The notes below the pieces were generated by a model, which was not told where the DNA came from, did not search any database, and saw only the letters and a list, made by a program, of their open reading frames with translations. The translations under genes and the position numbers were made by a program. DNA of 64,000 nt from Felis catus (Eukaryota), in NCBI RefSeq assembly GCF_018350175.1, contig NC_058368.1, positions 87,236,001-87,300,000 of the forward strand. The letters run 5' to 3'. Below are positions 1 through 12,197 of this stretch, piece by piece (position 1 is the first letter of the stretch; each line of letters opens with the position of its first letter).

Positions 1-2093
1 TATATCCTGCAACTTTGCTGAATTCATGAATCAGTTCTAGCGTTTTTTGGCAGAATATTTAGGGTTTTCCATATAGAGTACCTTGTCATCTGTGAAGAGT
101 GAAAGTTTGTCCTCCTCCTGGCCAATTAGGGTGTCTTTTATTTCTTTGTGTTGTCTGATTGCTGAGGCTAAGACTTCCAATGCTATGTTGAATAACAGTG
201 GTGAGAGTGGACATCCCTGTCTTGTTCTTGACCTTAGAGGGAAAGCTCTCAGTTTTTCCCCATTGTGGATGATACTAACGTTGGGTCTTTTGTACATGGC
301 TCTATGATTTCATTGAATGATTATTCTATCCCTACTTTCTTGAGGGTTTTTATCAAGAAAGGATGCTGTATTTTGTCAAATTCTTTCTCTGCATCTATTG
401 GGAGGATCATGTGGTTCTTGTTCTTTCTTTTATTGATGTGATGAGTCACATTGATTGTTCCGTGTATTGAACCAGCCCTTTATCCCAGATATAAATCCCA
501 CTTGGTCATGATGAATATTTTTTTAATGTATTGTTGGATACATTGGCTAATAGCTTGTTGAGGATTTTTGCATCCACGGTCATCAGGGCACTGGTCTATA
601 GTTATTTTTAGTGGGTCTTTGGCTGGTTTTGGAATCAAGGTAATGCTGGCTTCATAGAAAGAGTTTGAAGTTTTCCTTCTATTTCTATTTTTTGGGAATG
701 CTTCAAGAGAATAGGGGTTATCTCTTCCTTAAATGTTTGGTAGAATTTCCTTGGAAAGCCACCTGGCCCTGGAATCTTGTTTTCTCAGAGATTTTTGATT
801 ACCAGTTCGATTTCTTTACTGGTTAAGGGTCTGTTCAGATTTTCTATTTCTTTCTGTTTCAGTTTTAGTACTATATATGTTTCTAGGAATTTGTCCATTT
901 CTTCCAGGTTGCCCATTATATTGGCATATAATTGGTCATAATAGTCTCTTTTATTGTTTTTATTTCTGCTGTGTTGGTTGTGATCTCTCCTATTTCATTC
1001 TTTGTTTTATTTATTTGGGTCATTTCCTTTTTCTTTTTGATCAAACTGGCTAGGGGTTTATCTATTTTGTTAATACTTTCAAAGAACCAGCTTCTGGTTT
1101 CATTGATCTGTTCTACTGTTTTGTTTTTTTGTTTGTTTGTTTGTTTTATAGCATTAGTTCTACTGTAAGCTTTATTATTTCCTGTCTTCTGCTGGTTTGG
1201 GGTTTTATTTGCTGTTCTTTTTCCAGCTCTTTAAACTGTAAAGTTAGTTTGTGTATCTGAGAACTTTCTTCCCGCTTTAGGAAGGCCTGGATTGCTATAT
1301 ACTTTCCCCTTATGACCGCCTTTGCTGCATCCAAGAGGTTTTGGGTTGTGGTGTTATCATTTTCATTGGCTCCCATGTACTTTTTAATTACCTCTTTAAA
1401 TTCTTGCTTAGCCCATTCATTCTTTAGTAGGATGTTCTTTAGTCTCCAAGTGTGTGTTACCTTTCCAAATTTTTTCTCGTGGTTGATTTTGAGTTTCATA
1501 GCAATGTGGTCTGAAAACATGCATAGTATGATCTCGGTCTTTTTGTACTCATTGAGGGCTGATTTGTGTCCCAGTATGTGGTCTACTCTGGAGAATGTTC
1601 CATGTGCACTTGAGAATAATGTATATTCTGCTGCTTTAGGATGAAATATTCTGAATATATCTGTTAAGTCCATCTGATCCAGTGTCATTCAAAGCCATTG
1701 TTTCCTTGTTGATTTTTTGATTAGATGATCTGCCCATTGTTGTAAGAGGGGTGTTGAAGTCCCTTACTAATATAGCATTATTATCAATGAGTTTCTTTAT
1801 GTTTGTGAATAATGGATTTATATATTTGGGTGCTTTCACATTTGGACCATAAATGTTTACAATTGTTAGGTCTTCTTGGTGGATAGATCCTTAATTATGA
1901 TATAATACCCTTCTTCATCTCTTGTTAAAGTCTTTATTGTAAAGTCTAGATTGTCTAAGTATGGCTACTCCAGCACTCTTTTGGTAACCATTAGCATGAT
2001 AGATGGTTTTCCATCCCCTTACTTTCAATCTGAAGGTGTCTTTAGGTCTAAAGTGGGTCTCTTGTAAACAGCATATAGATGGATCTTGTTTTC
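1..2093 (-). mobile_element. LINE-1 (carnivore L1) ORF2 remnant, endonuclease to RT N-terminal region; runs off the window start
   Basis: Minus-strand ORF pieces resemble L1 ORF2p ([66 protein letters not shown]). Multiple stops and frameshifts. Confidence 0.95.
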
Positions 2094-3323
2094 TTTTTTT
2101 TCCAGACCACAGGATAGTCTCCAGCTATTATCAGAGTTTTCTTTTTTCTTTTTTTTAATTTTCTTTTTTATTTTTTTTAAATTTACATCCAACTTAATTA
2201 GCATATAGTGAAACAATGATTTCAAGAGTAGATTCCTTAATGCTCCTTACCCATTTAGCCGATCGCCCCTCCCACAACCACTCTTGCAACCCTCAGTTTG
2301 TTCTCCATATTTATGAGTCTCTTATGTTTTGTCCCCTTTCCTGGTTTTATATTATTTTTGTTTCCCTTCCCTTATGTTCATCTGTTTTGTCTCTTAAAGT
2401 CCTCATATGAGTGAAGTCATATGATTTTTGTCTTTCTCTGACTAATTTCACTTAGCATAATACCCTCCAGTTTCATCCACGTAGTTGCAAATGGAAAGAT
2501 TTCATTCTCTTTGATTGCCGAGTAATACTCCATTGTATATATATACCACATCTTCTTTATCCATTCACCCATCGATGGACTTGTGGGCTCTTTCCATACT
2601 TTGGCTATTGATGATAGTGCTGCTGTAAACATGGGGTTGCATGTGTCCCTTTGAAACAGCACACCTGTATCCCTGGGATAAATGCGTACTAGTGCAATTT
2701 CTGGGTCATAGGGTAGTTCTATTTTTTAATTTTTTGAGGAACCCCTGTACTGTTTTCCAGAGTGGATGCATCAGCTTGCATTCCCACCAGCAGTGCAAAA
2801 GAGATCCTCTTTCTCCGCATCCTTGCTAACATCTATTGTTGCCTGAATTGTTGATCTTAACCATTCTGACAGGTATAAGATGGTATCTCATTGTGGTTTT
2901 GGTTTGTATGTCCCTGATGATGAGTGATGTTGAGCATTTTTTCATGTTTCAGTTGGCCATCTGGATGTCTTCTTTGGAGAAGTGTCTATTCATGTCTTTT
3001 GCCCATTTCTTCAGTGGATTGTTTTTTGGGTGTTGAGTTTGATAAGTTCTTGATAGATTTTGGATATTAACCCTTTATCTGATATGTCATTTGCAAATAT
3101 CTTCTCCCATTGTGTCAGTTGTCTTTTAGTTTTGCTGATTGTTTCCTTCACTGTGCAGAAGCTTTTTATTTTGATGAGGTCCCAGTAGTTCATTTTTGCT
3201 TTTGTTTCCCTTGCCTCTGGAGACGTGTTAAGTAAGAAGTTACTGCAGCCAAGATCACAGAGGTTTTTGCCTGCTTTCTCCTCGAGGATTTTGATTGCTT
3301 CCTGTCTTATATTTAAGTCTTTC
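2094..3323 (-). mobile_element. 5'-truncated LINE-1 (ORF2 C-terminus, 3'UTR, poly(A)) nested in the older L1
   Basis: ORF pieces MNYWDLIKIKSFCT and YTMEYYSAIKENEI. T-rich tail at 2137-2178. 17-bp TSD agatggat(c/g)ttgttttc at 2077-2093 and 3324-3340. Confidence 0.93.
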
Positions 3324-3500
3324 AGATGGATGTTGTTTTCCTATCCATTGTGTTACTCTATGTCTTTTGATTGGAGCATTTAGTGAACTGATGTTTAGAG
3401 TGAGTACTGAAAGATATGAATTTATTGCCATTATGCTGCTTATAGGGTGGAAATTCTGATGGTTGTCTCTGGTCCTTTCTAGTCTTTGTTGTTTTGATAT

Positions 3501-3532
<32 letters not shown>

Positions 3533-6130
3533 TCTTTTCTCCCCTCAGAGAGTCCTCTTTTAAATTTCTAGCAGGGCTGGTTCAGTGGTCACAAACTCCT
3601 TTAATTTTTGATTGTCTGGGAAATTTTTAATCTCTCCTTCTATTTTGAGTGACAGTCTTGTTGGATAAAGATTTCTTGGCTGCATATTTTTCTGAATCAT
3701 CACACTGAATATATCCTGCCACTCCTTTCTGGCCTGCCAAGTTTCTGTGGATAGGTCTGCTGCAAACGTGATCTATCTTACCTTGTAGGTTAAGGACTTT
3801 TTTTTCCCTTGTTGCTTTCATGATTCTTTCCTTACCTGAGTATTTCCTAAAATTAACTATGATATGCCTTGTTGATGGTCATTTTTTGTTGAATATAATG
3901 GAAGTCCTCTGTGCTTCCTGAATTTTAAGTCTGTGTCTTTCCCCAGGCTAATAAAGTTTTCTGCTATTTGCTCACAGAACCCTTCTACCCCTTTTTCTCT
4001 CTCTTCCTCTTCTGGGACCCCTATGATTCTAATGTTGTTCCTTTTTAATGAGTCATTGATTTCTCTCATTCTTAAATCCTACTTTTTTGCCTTAGTCTTC
4101 CTCTTATTTTCTGCTTTATTATTCTCCATAAGTTTGTCCTCCATATTGCTGAGTCTCTGCTCTGCCTCATCCATCCTTGCTGCCATGGCATCCATTTAAG
4201 ATTGCAGCTCAATTTTAACATTTTTTATTTCATCCTGACTAGCTTTTATTTCTTTTATCTCCACAGAAAGGAATTCTAATCTATTTTCTACCCCATCTAG
4301 TATTATTATTATTGTTATGATTCTAAATTCTGGTTCAGACATTTTTCTTGCATCTGTGTTGGTTAAGTCCCTGGGCATTTCTTCCTGCTCTTTCTTTTGG
4401 AATTAATCCTTTCATTTCATCATTTTGAAGGGACAAAAAGAATTAGTGATGTAAAAAAATAATTAAAATTAATTTTTTTAATTAAAAAATTAAAATTAAA
4501 AAATTAAAAAGGACACACACACACAAGAAAATCAAATAAATGATGCTATATCCTAAGTGTGTTTTGGTCTGGGTGTTGAAAGAGGTTGGTAGATTAAAGA
4601 AAAAAGGGTAAAGAAAGAAAAAAAAGGAAATCATTTGAAAATTTAAAAATATGAATACACTAAAATAGAAAGAAATGATGGAAGTACAATAGAATTTGAA
4701 AAAATTTACACAAAAATAAAAAATAAAGTAGAAAATAAAATTAAGGAAAAATATATTTAATAAAACTTGAAAATAAGAACAATTTTTTCTCTTTCTGTAT
4801 TCAAGAAAAAGAAAAGAAATGAAAAAGAGGAAAAAAAAGAAAGAAAAAAATAAAAATTATATAGATGGACTAAAGAACAGACTGAAATACAATTGAAATT
4901 ATTTCATTTTCCCCTAGAAGTCAAACTATGAAGCCCTGTATAGTCAGTAAATTAAGCAGGCAGAGAGACTTGTGTTTCTGAAGAGCGAGGTTGGCCCAGT
5001 TGGGCTTAGTTTAATGGCTTCATTCTCCACTAGATGGCTCTGCTTAGTTTACTGGGGTGGATTGTTGTGGCACTTGTAGGTGTGTATGCACACGCGCGAG
5101 AGCGGTGAAAATGGCATCACTCAGCTACCCAGTCTCTAGTATAGAAACTCTGTTCTCCCTGATCAGCAATCACCTTACCCGTCCTTTGTCTTCAGCTTCC
5201 ATCCACTCCCCACTTTTACACTGTCTGTGACCAAGGCCCAGGCAGTACCTACCTCCTGAGTTTTATATCAGATGTGGGTGTTTTCCCTGACCTTTTTTTC
5301 TGAGGGACTGTGGCTTTGACCCATTCTGTCCATCTTTAGGAGGATCACACTGAGCAATGGCCAGGGGCTGGCCCTACCCAGGAACGTTCACGGGACTGTG
5401 CAGCTGCCAATGCCCATAGACTGGCCAGGTGCAAGCCCACCCCAGAAGTTCACACGATCATTAGCACAAGTGTTTCAGGGCTTATGGAAAATCACAACAC
5501 ACATCTGGCACCAGGCTTCAACCCCAATGACCTTGTTCCATCACCAGAGAATGTGGTTGTTCTCCCAGGTCCACTGGAGCCTTTTCCTGTGGGTGTCGCC
5601 ACACAGCCTCTACTAGATGTCCTCCCTATAGAGGAACTACCTCTCCCCATGTGGCCTGAAGACCCCCCAGACTTCACTCTGCTCCTGGGAACTCACCCTT
5701 CTCACCAGAGCACTACCAGGTATCAAGATGTGGAGTTTCAGACTTTGTGCTCCCCCTGTTTATACAGTCTTAATGGAATTCAAATCTTCCCCTTTCTCCT
5801 TTCTCCCTTTTTAATTCAGTCCCTGCAGTTGTTCCTACCTGTTTTTTTTTTGGGGGGGGGGGGTGCTTGTCCCTTATTCTGCCCTTCCATCTCCATCTTT
5901 TCTCCACAAGCAAAAATAGTTCTCTGCCCTTTGCAGCTTCTCTCTGCCCCAGTTCACCTTCCACATCATTTACCTGCTGAGTTCTGTGGTTCAGGTTGTG
6001 CAGATTGTTGTGTTAATCCCCAAATAAGTTTTCTAGGTGTGCAGGATGGTTTAATGTTGATCTGGCTGTATTTTATGGACACGAGACACAAAAAAACTTC
6101 CATGCTGTTCTGCCATCTTGGCTCCTCCCC
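3324..6130 (-). mobile_element. 5' part of the host LINE-1: ORF2 start, degraded ORF1 (~3550-4430), long 5'UTR and intact 5' terminus
   Basis: ORF1-like peptides REINDSLKRNNIRIIGVPEEEEREKG and MSEPEFRI. The minus strand begins GGGGAGGAGCCAAGATGGCA, an L1 5' end with a YY1-type CAAGATGGC motif at ~6112-6120. Confidence 0.9.
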
Positions 6131-6677
6131 TTTTTTTCATAAAAATTTGAAAATGGTAACAATCTTATCCTAATGGAACTTTATCAATCATGTTTAATTA
6201 ATACTGTAGGTATATAAAAATTGGGTGGATTCTCTAAACAGAAAGATGCTATAGGACTGTTTCCTGGACAAAAAAAAAGAAAAAAAGGTAAATTATAATT
6301 CTAAATTACTTATTTAAACATATACTAAAACCTGTTTTAACACTGTTGTTTATACAGGCCCACATTAAATGCATGTGACATTGTACCAGAAGCTACACAA
6401 AAACATGTGACATATACTCACAACTTGCAATACCTAGTACATACAAGTATAAATGTATCAAGACCACCAAGAGGCAAACCATGAAAATATAATTCAAAGA
6501 TTTCATAAAGACAAAAATGAAGAAAGATTGCCACAAATTTTCTTTTATTCAGAGAAACCAGACAATAAAGTAGTATATGCATAAACTAACTTGCCCTCCT
6601 CAAGCTCTGCAATACTCACATGTTTTTCTAATTTCTATCAATCCAGTAAGGAAGTGTGGGCTAAAAATAAAAGCAAA

Positions 6678-6885
6678 GGAGAACCTGGGTGGCTCAGTCA
6701 GTTGAGGGTTCAACTTCGGACCAAGTTATGATCTCATGGTTTATGGGTTTGGGCCCCAAATCAGGCTTGCTACAGTCTGTGAAGAACTTGCTTTGGATCC
6801 TCTGTCCCTCTCTTTCTCTGCCCCACCCCTACACAAGCTCTTGCTCCCCCCCATCTCAAAAATAAACATTTAAAAAATTAATAAA
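6678..6885 (+). mobile_element. CanSINE (tRNA-derived carnivore SINE), diverged
   Basis: cctgggtggctcagtcagttgag head, CT-rich tract, aataaa/A-rich tail. Confidence 0.88.
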
Positions 6886-7041
6886 TAAATGCAAAGTTTC
6901 TCTTGTTTAAGGAAATGGTTGTTTGAACATAAGGAAAGAAATATGAAAACTGTGTATAGACCTAAAGAAGGTAGGGTCAAAAGTAAGTAAAACTTAGCAA
7001 AAGTTAATCTAGACATACCTATTTTTTATGAATTTTTGGAA

Positions 7042-7736
7042 AGTATTAGGTTTCTCCAGAGAAACGGAATCAATAGAATGCACAGATATAGAGAATAGAT
7101 AAATGATAGATATAGATAAATAGATAGGTGATCAATAGATAATAGATATGTGGATAGAGAGAGGATAGATTGATATAGATAGATACATAGATACATAAAT
7201 AGATACATATAGATGATAGGTAATAGGTAGATAGATGATAGATAGATACATAGATACATAGATGATAGATATAGATAATAGGTAGATGATAGATAATAGA
7301 TAGATAATAGATAGATGATAGATAGATAGATAGATGATAGATAGATGAGAGATGACAGATACACAGATTTAGACAGGTAGAGAGATAGACAGGTAGACAG
7401 AGAGATTTTAAGGAATTGGCTCATGTGATTTTGTGGGCACATAAGTTCAAAATCTTCAGTACAGGCTGGAGACCCAAGGAAGAGTTCATGTTGCAGCCAA
7501 AGACCAACCACAGTCTGAAGACAGAATTCCATCTTCCTAAGGGGATCTCAGCTTATTTTATTGTAAGACTGATTGGAGAGCTCTCCACATAGAGAGAAGT
7601 CCATTACTCAAAGTCTACTGATTGAAGTGTTAATCTTATCTAAAAACTACCTTCACAGCAACAGCAGGACTGGTGTTTGACAAAATACCCAGATACTGTG
7701 GCCTAGTCAAGTTGATACATAGGGTTCACCATTACA
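7042..7736. mobile_element. MLT2-type (ERVL) solo LTR with internal GATA expansion
   Basis: Starts gtattaggtttctccagagaaac; contains aaggaattggctcatgtgatt; ends aagttgatacatagggttcaccattaca. These resemble MLT2 consensus termini. Confidence 0.8.
7085..7405. repeat. (GATA/GACA)n compound microsatellite
   Basis: Direct inspection. Confidence 0.95.
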
Positions 7737-7955
7737 GAGACTAATTAGTTCCTATGAATAGTTGAAATTTTATTAACTTCATTGATTTTTACAACTTAAA
7801 TTTTCTCATTTTCACCTTTTACCTTAAGTCTGAGAAAAAATATATATATTGTAAGCTAAACTGTGCCTTGCCTTTAAATTTGAATCTTTCCTACTTCACT
7901 GATGGTGAAAATCCACGAGTTAATGAACTATAGTTCCATATTCATAATAATTAAT

Positions 7956-7957
<2 letters not shown>

Positions 7958-7987
<30 letters not shown>

Positions 7988-7998
7988 TATCATCATCA
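7958..7998. repeat. (CAT)n microsatellite
   Basis: Direct inspection. Confidence 0.95.
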
Positions 7999-8149
7999 TT
8001 TAACCTGGCAAGTGTTCTCATAGTAAGCAGCTGTGGCCTGGTTACTTTCTACACTGTTCCTGTCCACATGCTACCATGCCACTATTTCCTTCTATGAACT
8101 TCTGTTCATGAATTTAGAGGTTAAGAATTCTCTGTTAAGAATTTAGAAG

Positions 8150-8372
8150 TAACTCAAGAACAGACTCTTAACTATGCAGAACAAAGTGATGGTCACCAGA
8201 GAGGAGGTGGGTGGGGGGATAGGCTGAATGAGTGATGGAGATTAAAGAGAGGACTTGTGAGGAGCACCAGGTGTTGCATGGAAATGTTGAATCACCATAT
8301 TGTACACCTGAAACTAATATTACACTGTATGTTAACTAACTGAAATGTAAATAAAAACTTTAAAAAAGAAAG
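8150..8372 (+). mobile_element. LINE-1 3'UTR fragment
   Basis: acagactcttaact...gagcaccaggtgttg...tgtacacctgaaactaatatt...aataaa, then A tail. Confidence 0.85.
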
Positions 8373-9205
8373 TAAAAGAACTGTATCCCTAATTTTTTCC
8401 CAGTGCAAAAGTACTGCCTGCTTAGGAGCTTGTTTCAATAAAGACTTTATGTCAGTGACTTTCAAACTTTTGTAGCAATGGTTCACTGTAAGGAAAACCT
8501 TTGATACACATAAACACATAAACACTCACACAACTGATTTACCATACCTTGTTCAATCCTCTCTGAAATTTTCTATTCCATTTCATGCCATTCTCACTCA
8601 CTTTTAAATGCTTGTTAAGTTGATTTAATAACCAGTAAGTAAGTGGCATATGACCTGAAATTTTAAAGAAACACTGTTTGTTAGAGAAGCAGTTATAAAT
8701 TATTTGCACAGGGCAGGAAGAGGCAGACAACAGCCTGAAAAAGAAACATTACACTCTCTATTAGGGTCTAGAAAACTTAGCACAAAAGGGTATATGGAGT
8801 GGAACAAGTGTACCTCAAAATTAGTCACTCCCTCACACATACATACACACATTTTTCTACTTGGGGTCTCATTTTCCTTAGATCTGACTTAATAGTGACT
8901 TTACAATTTTCTGGAATCAGAGTCTCAAGTTTGCTGCAAAGAACTCATTATTTCCCTATAAAACCTCATTGATCCAAGTAACATTTTTCTCTTCATCAGA
9001 ATATTATCTTTTGTGACTGAGTCTGTCACTTGGAAGGACATAGGGGTCCTGTCCATCTACTTGCAAGCAAAGACAGGAGTTATTTATTCTGGGATCCCTG
9101 AAAGAGAGAAGACCCTACTCCATTCTCACTCCAGCATCTTATATGACATTATGCATTGTTATCTCCCTGGAACAAAGCATTCTTTAGGGAAAACAAGCAC
9201 CTACA

Positions 9206-10156
9206 TCAGTGCCCTCTTGCATCTGACAGGCTGTGGTCTTTCCCAAGAACCTTCCACATGGCTCCCTTCACATCTTTGTTTCTCAGTGTGTAGAGGAAAG
9301 GATTCATAGTGGAGGTCACTAGACAGTAGAAGAGGGTTAGGAACTTGCCCTGGTCCTGGCTTGCCACATTCACAGGCTGCATGTACATGTAGATTATAGT
9401 GCTATAGAAGAGAGACACTACAATCATGTGGGAAGAGAAGGTGTTGAAGGCCTTGCACTTCCCAGCTGCAGACTGGATCCGCAGAACCATGGCTACAATA
9501 TAGCCATAGGAAACCAGTATCATGGCGAGGGGCACCAGGACAATGGGGATGGCCAAGAAGAGAGCCAGGCCTTCAACACACCTAGTGTCCATGCAGGAAA
9601 TGCGGATGATGGCTGGCATCTCACACACAAAGTGGTTGATGTGATGGTGACCACACCACTTCAAGGACATTGTCAGTGGGGACATGAGGATGGAATTGGC
9701 AATCCCAGTGAGCCAGGCACAGGCTGCCAGTCGCAGGCACAGCTGTGGGTGCATGATGGTCATGTAGTGAAGAGGCTTGCAAACAGCCACAAAGTGGTCA
9801 TAGGCCATGACAGAAAGAAGAATGCATTCAATGCCACCCACAGACAGGAACGCAAAGAGTTGTATGACACAACCAATATAAGTGATGGTCTTTTGTGAGC
9901 CCCAGAGGTTGACCAGCACCTGAGGAATGCTGCTAGAGGTGTAACAGAGATCCAGGAGGGACAGGTTGCAGAGGAAGAAGTACATAGGTGTGTGCAGTCG
10001 AGGGTCCACCAGGGACAGGAAGATGATGGACGAGTTGCCCGTGATAGCCAGAAAGTAAAACACCATGTTAGTGAAAAACAAGACCATCCCCAGCTTTGGC
10101 TGGTCAGAGAACCCAAGCAGAATGAAGTTTCCAGAGCTCTCATTATTTCTTTCCAT
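9206..10156 (-). CDS. Olfactory receptor, class II family 2 (2W-like), 316 aa from MERNNESS; possibly non-functional despite the open frame
   Basis: N-glycosylation site NES, FILLGFS, LHTPMYFFL, MAYDHFVAVCKPLHY, HFVCE, KAFNTFSSH, NPFLYTLRNKDVKGA. ATG at 10156 chosen because a 3' splice site lies 19 nt upstream. Confidence 0.95.
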   Translation of the reverse strand: MERNNESSGNFILLGFSDQPKLGMVLFFTNMVFYFLAITGNSSIIFLSLVDPRLHTPMYFFLCNLSLLDLCYTSSSIPQVLVNLWGSQKTITYIGCVIQLFAFLSVGGIECILLSVMAYDHFVAVCKPLHYMTIMHPQLCLRLAACAWLTGIANSILMSPLTMSLKWCGHHHINHFVCEMPAIIRISCMDTRCVEGLALFLAIPIVLVPLAMILVSYGYIVAMVLRIQSAAGKCKAFNTFSSHMIVVSLFYSTIIYMYMQPVNVASQDQGKFLTLFYCLVTSTMNPFLYTLRNKDVKGAMWKVLGKDHSLSDARGH

Positions 10157-10175
10157 CACACTTGGCTTGATAAAC

Positions 10176-10200
10176 CTGTTTAGGGAGGTTAACATTTGTG
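10176..10200 (-). other. Putative 3' splice acceptor of the OR coding exon
   Basis: Minus strand reads ttaacctccctaaacag|GTTTATCAAGCCAAGTGTG-ATG, the typical OR layout with an acceptor just upstream of the ATG. Confidence 0.65.
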
Positions 10201-10753
10201 GTGTTACTCATACAGAAAATGATGCACCTCATTTTTGTCCCAAGAAAATAGGTTTTTTCCACCTATTTAACTGGTCCACTTGCCTGACCATTGCCTGGAA
10301 TTATAGGGTAAGGAGCTAAAAATATTTGTCTGTAAAGTGATGGAAGTTGTATAGTGATGGAAGCGATATTTCCTCAATATCTTCTAATCTGGTTAAGTGA
10401 AATAAGTGGATAGATCCTTTTAAAAAACTTTTACTGATATAATGAGCAACAAAGTAATTTGGGGGAAAAAACAAATAATTTTCTCAGAATCCATTGACTT
10501 TGAGTGTATTTCTGCTAACTGATAAATTACTCCCTAAAATTTGTGGAACAATAGCTTAACTTAATATAATAAATTCTCATGTTTCCATGATTATAAAGTC
10601 AACCGAAAAACAAAAAACGTATTGATGACTTACTATATGGTAGGCCCTGCGGGTATAAGTATAGACAGTACCTCTGTACAAAATATTTAAATTACTTCTG
10701 TAGTCAAGAAAGTAATAGCCTGGGGACTCTTGAAATAAGAAAGCCCTGAATTT

Positions 10754-10965
10754 TTTTTTAAACATTTTTATTTATTTTTGAGACAGAGAGAGACAGAGCA
10801 TGAATGGGGGAGGGGCAGAGAGAGAAGGAGACACAAAATCGGAAGCAGGCTCCAGGCTCTGAGCCATCAGCCCAGAGCCCAACGCGGGGCTCGAACTCAC
10901 GGACCGTGAGATCGTGACCTGAGCTGAAGTCGGACGCTCAACCGACTGAGCCACCCAGGCGCCCC
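10754..10965 (-). mobile_element. CanSINE, young
   Basis: Near-consensus body. Perfect 17-bp TSD aagaaagccctgaattt at 10737-10753 and 10966-10982. Confidence 0.96.
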
Positions 10966-12154
10966 AAGAAAGCCCTGAATTTACTTGATTCTGAATAGTT
11001 AATGATTTGGTCCTATCTTTTGACCCAGTGATTAAGGTAACATTAGGCAAAAGAACAAAAGTGGATGTGATTGCACAGAGGTGAGAGGATTTTCTTCCCT
11101 TCCATGTGCATTCACAAAATGAGCAGAAAATGAGGGATGTCCTTTTGCACATTCCAGCTCAACATAACACTATGCCCAGAGGTCAACTAAAAAGAAATAA
11201 GAATCATTGTGCAGGTTTATTTTTGCAGCAGGTTTGGGAGTTTGGGGGAGGCCGGAGTTGGTTTCCTGTCAACCTGCATTGCTTCAATAAGAGTTTGACT
11301 ATTTACATTATTGAACAGACACCAATCAAATACTTGACTTGCAAACTCCTCTAAAATTCAGAAATTAACAGAAAAAGATGCATGTCCTCCATGTCAATAA
11401 TTAAATGCTAGCTGTATGGACTCAGTTTCCTGCCATCAACTTGTTTGGGGTTCACAAACTACTGGAGAAGTTAAAATATGGAGTAAATGGAGAGTCTATG
11501 AATGCAAGCCTATGGATCCCACAGCTCTGCTGTCTACCTGTGGGGATGTCCACCTGTGGTCCAATCATAATGGGTCACAGACTCTAAACTCAGGAAGAAG
11601 TTATGGTCTGAGGTGAAGCCATATAGAAAGACCAATTCCAGCCAGAGTTTTTAAAAAATCAGCTTAAAAACTGTAGAAAACTTAAGATATGGCTTGGGAA
11701 CTGAGTAAGTTATGAGTACAGCATATCTGCAGATCGTGTACTGAAAATGCACACAAAGAGCTAAAGTACATCAGCATGAATTGCAAACTTGGAAATTATA
11801 ACATGAATACAAGGGATTTTTTTTCTTTTTTTGGTAGAAAATTCTTTACATTGAATATTTTTAAAATAAAAAGTTAAATTTAAAAAACACTTTGTAATGA
11901 GATGTAATTTTTGATTTGTAATCACCACACCTAAAGGGATGACTCTTTTATTTTTCTTTCTTATTTTTTGGCTGAAGAGCGATGCCCTAAACACAAAGGC
12001 CTGTCATCTATTCAGTGAATTACTTTTAAACAATTCATCCCAAAAGCAATACATGTTTGTTACAGAAAAATAAGAAAGCAAAGACCATTAAAGAAAAAAA
12101 ATAATTCCTTAATCCCATGTACCCATAGACAATAATTATTTACAAACTTACATA

Positions 12155-12161
12155 TGTGTGT

Positions 12162-12196
<35 letters not shown>
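12155..12196. repeat. (TG)n microsatellite
   Basis: Direct inspection. Confidence 0.95.

Positions 12197-12197
<1 letters not shown>

Noticed and set aside
4041..4051. ctttttaatga, resembling the extended homeodomain motif of OR enhancers
   Set aside because: Lies inside L1 ORF1-derived sequence; coincidental.
7026..7532. 168-aa hydrophobic ORF
   Set aside because: Translation of the (TATC)n microsatellite inside an MLT2 LTR.
9428..9898. Antisense and alternate-frame ORFs overlapping the OR genes (also 9760-10143, 34420-34674, 34631-34984)
   Set aside because: Shadow ORFs of GC-richer coding sequence, with no independent support.
10157..10195. 13-aa N-terminal extension of the first OR
   Set aside because: The upstream ATG lies beyond the CAG acceptor at 10176-10178; MERNNES gives the canonical OR N-terminus.
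10772..11152. Recurring ORFs with GAWVAQSV or ARRGARTH peptides, and tRNA-like boxes
   Set aside because: CanSINE translations and SINE A/B boxes, not genes or true tRNAs.
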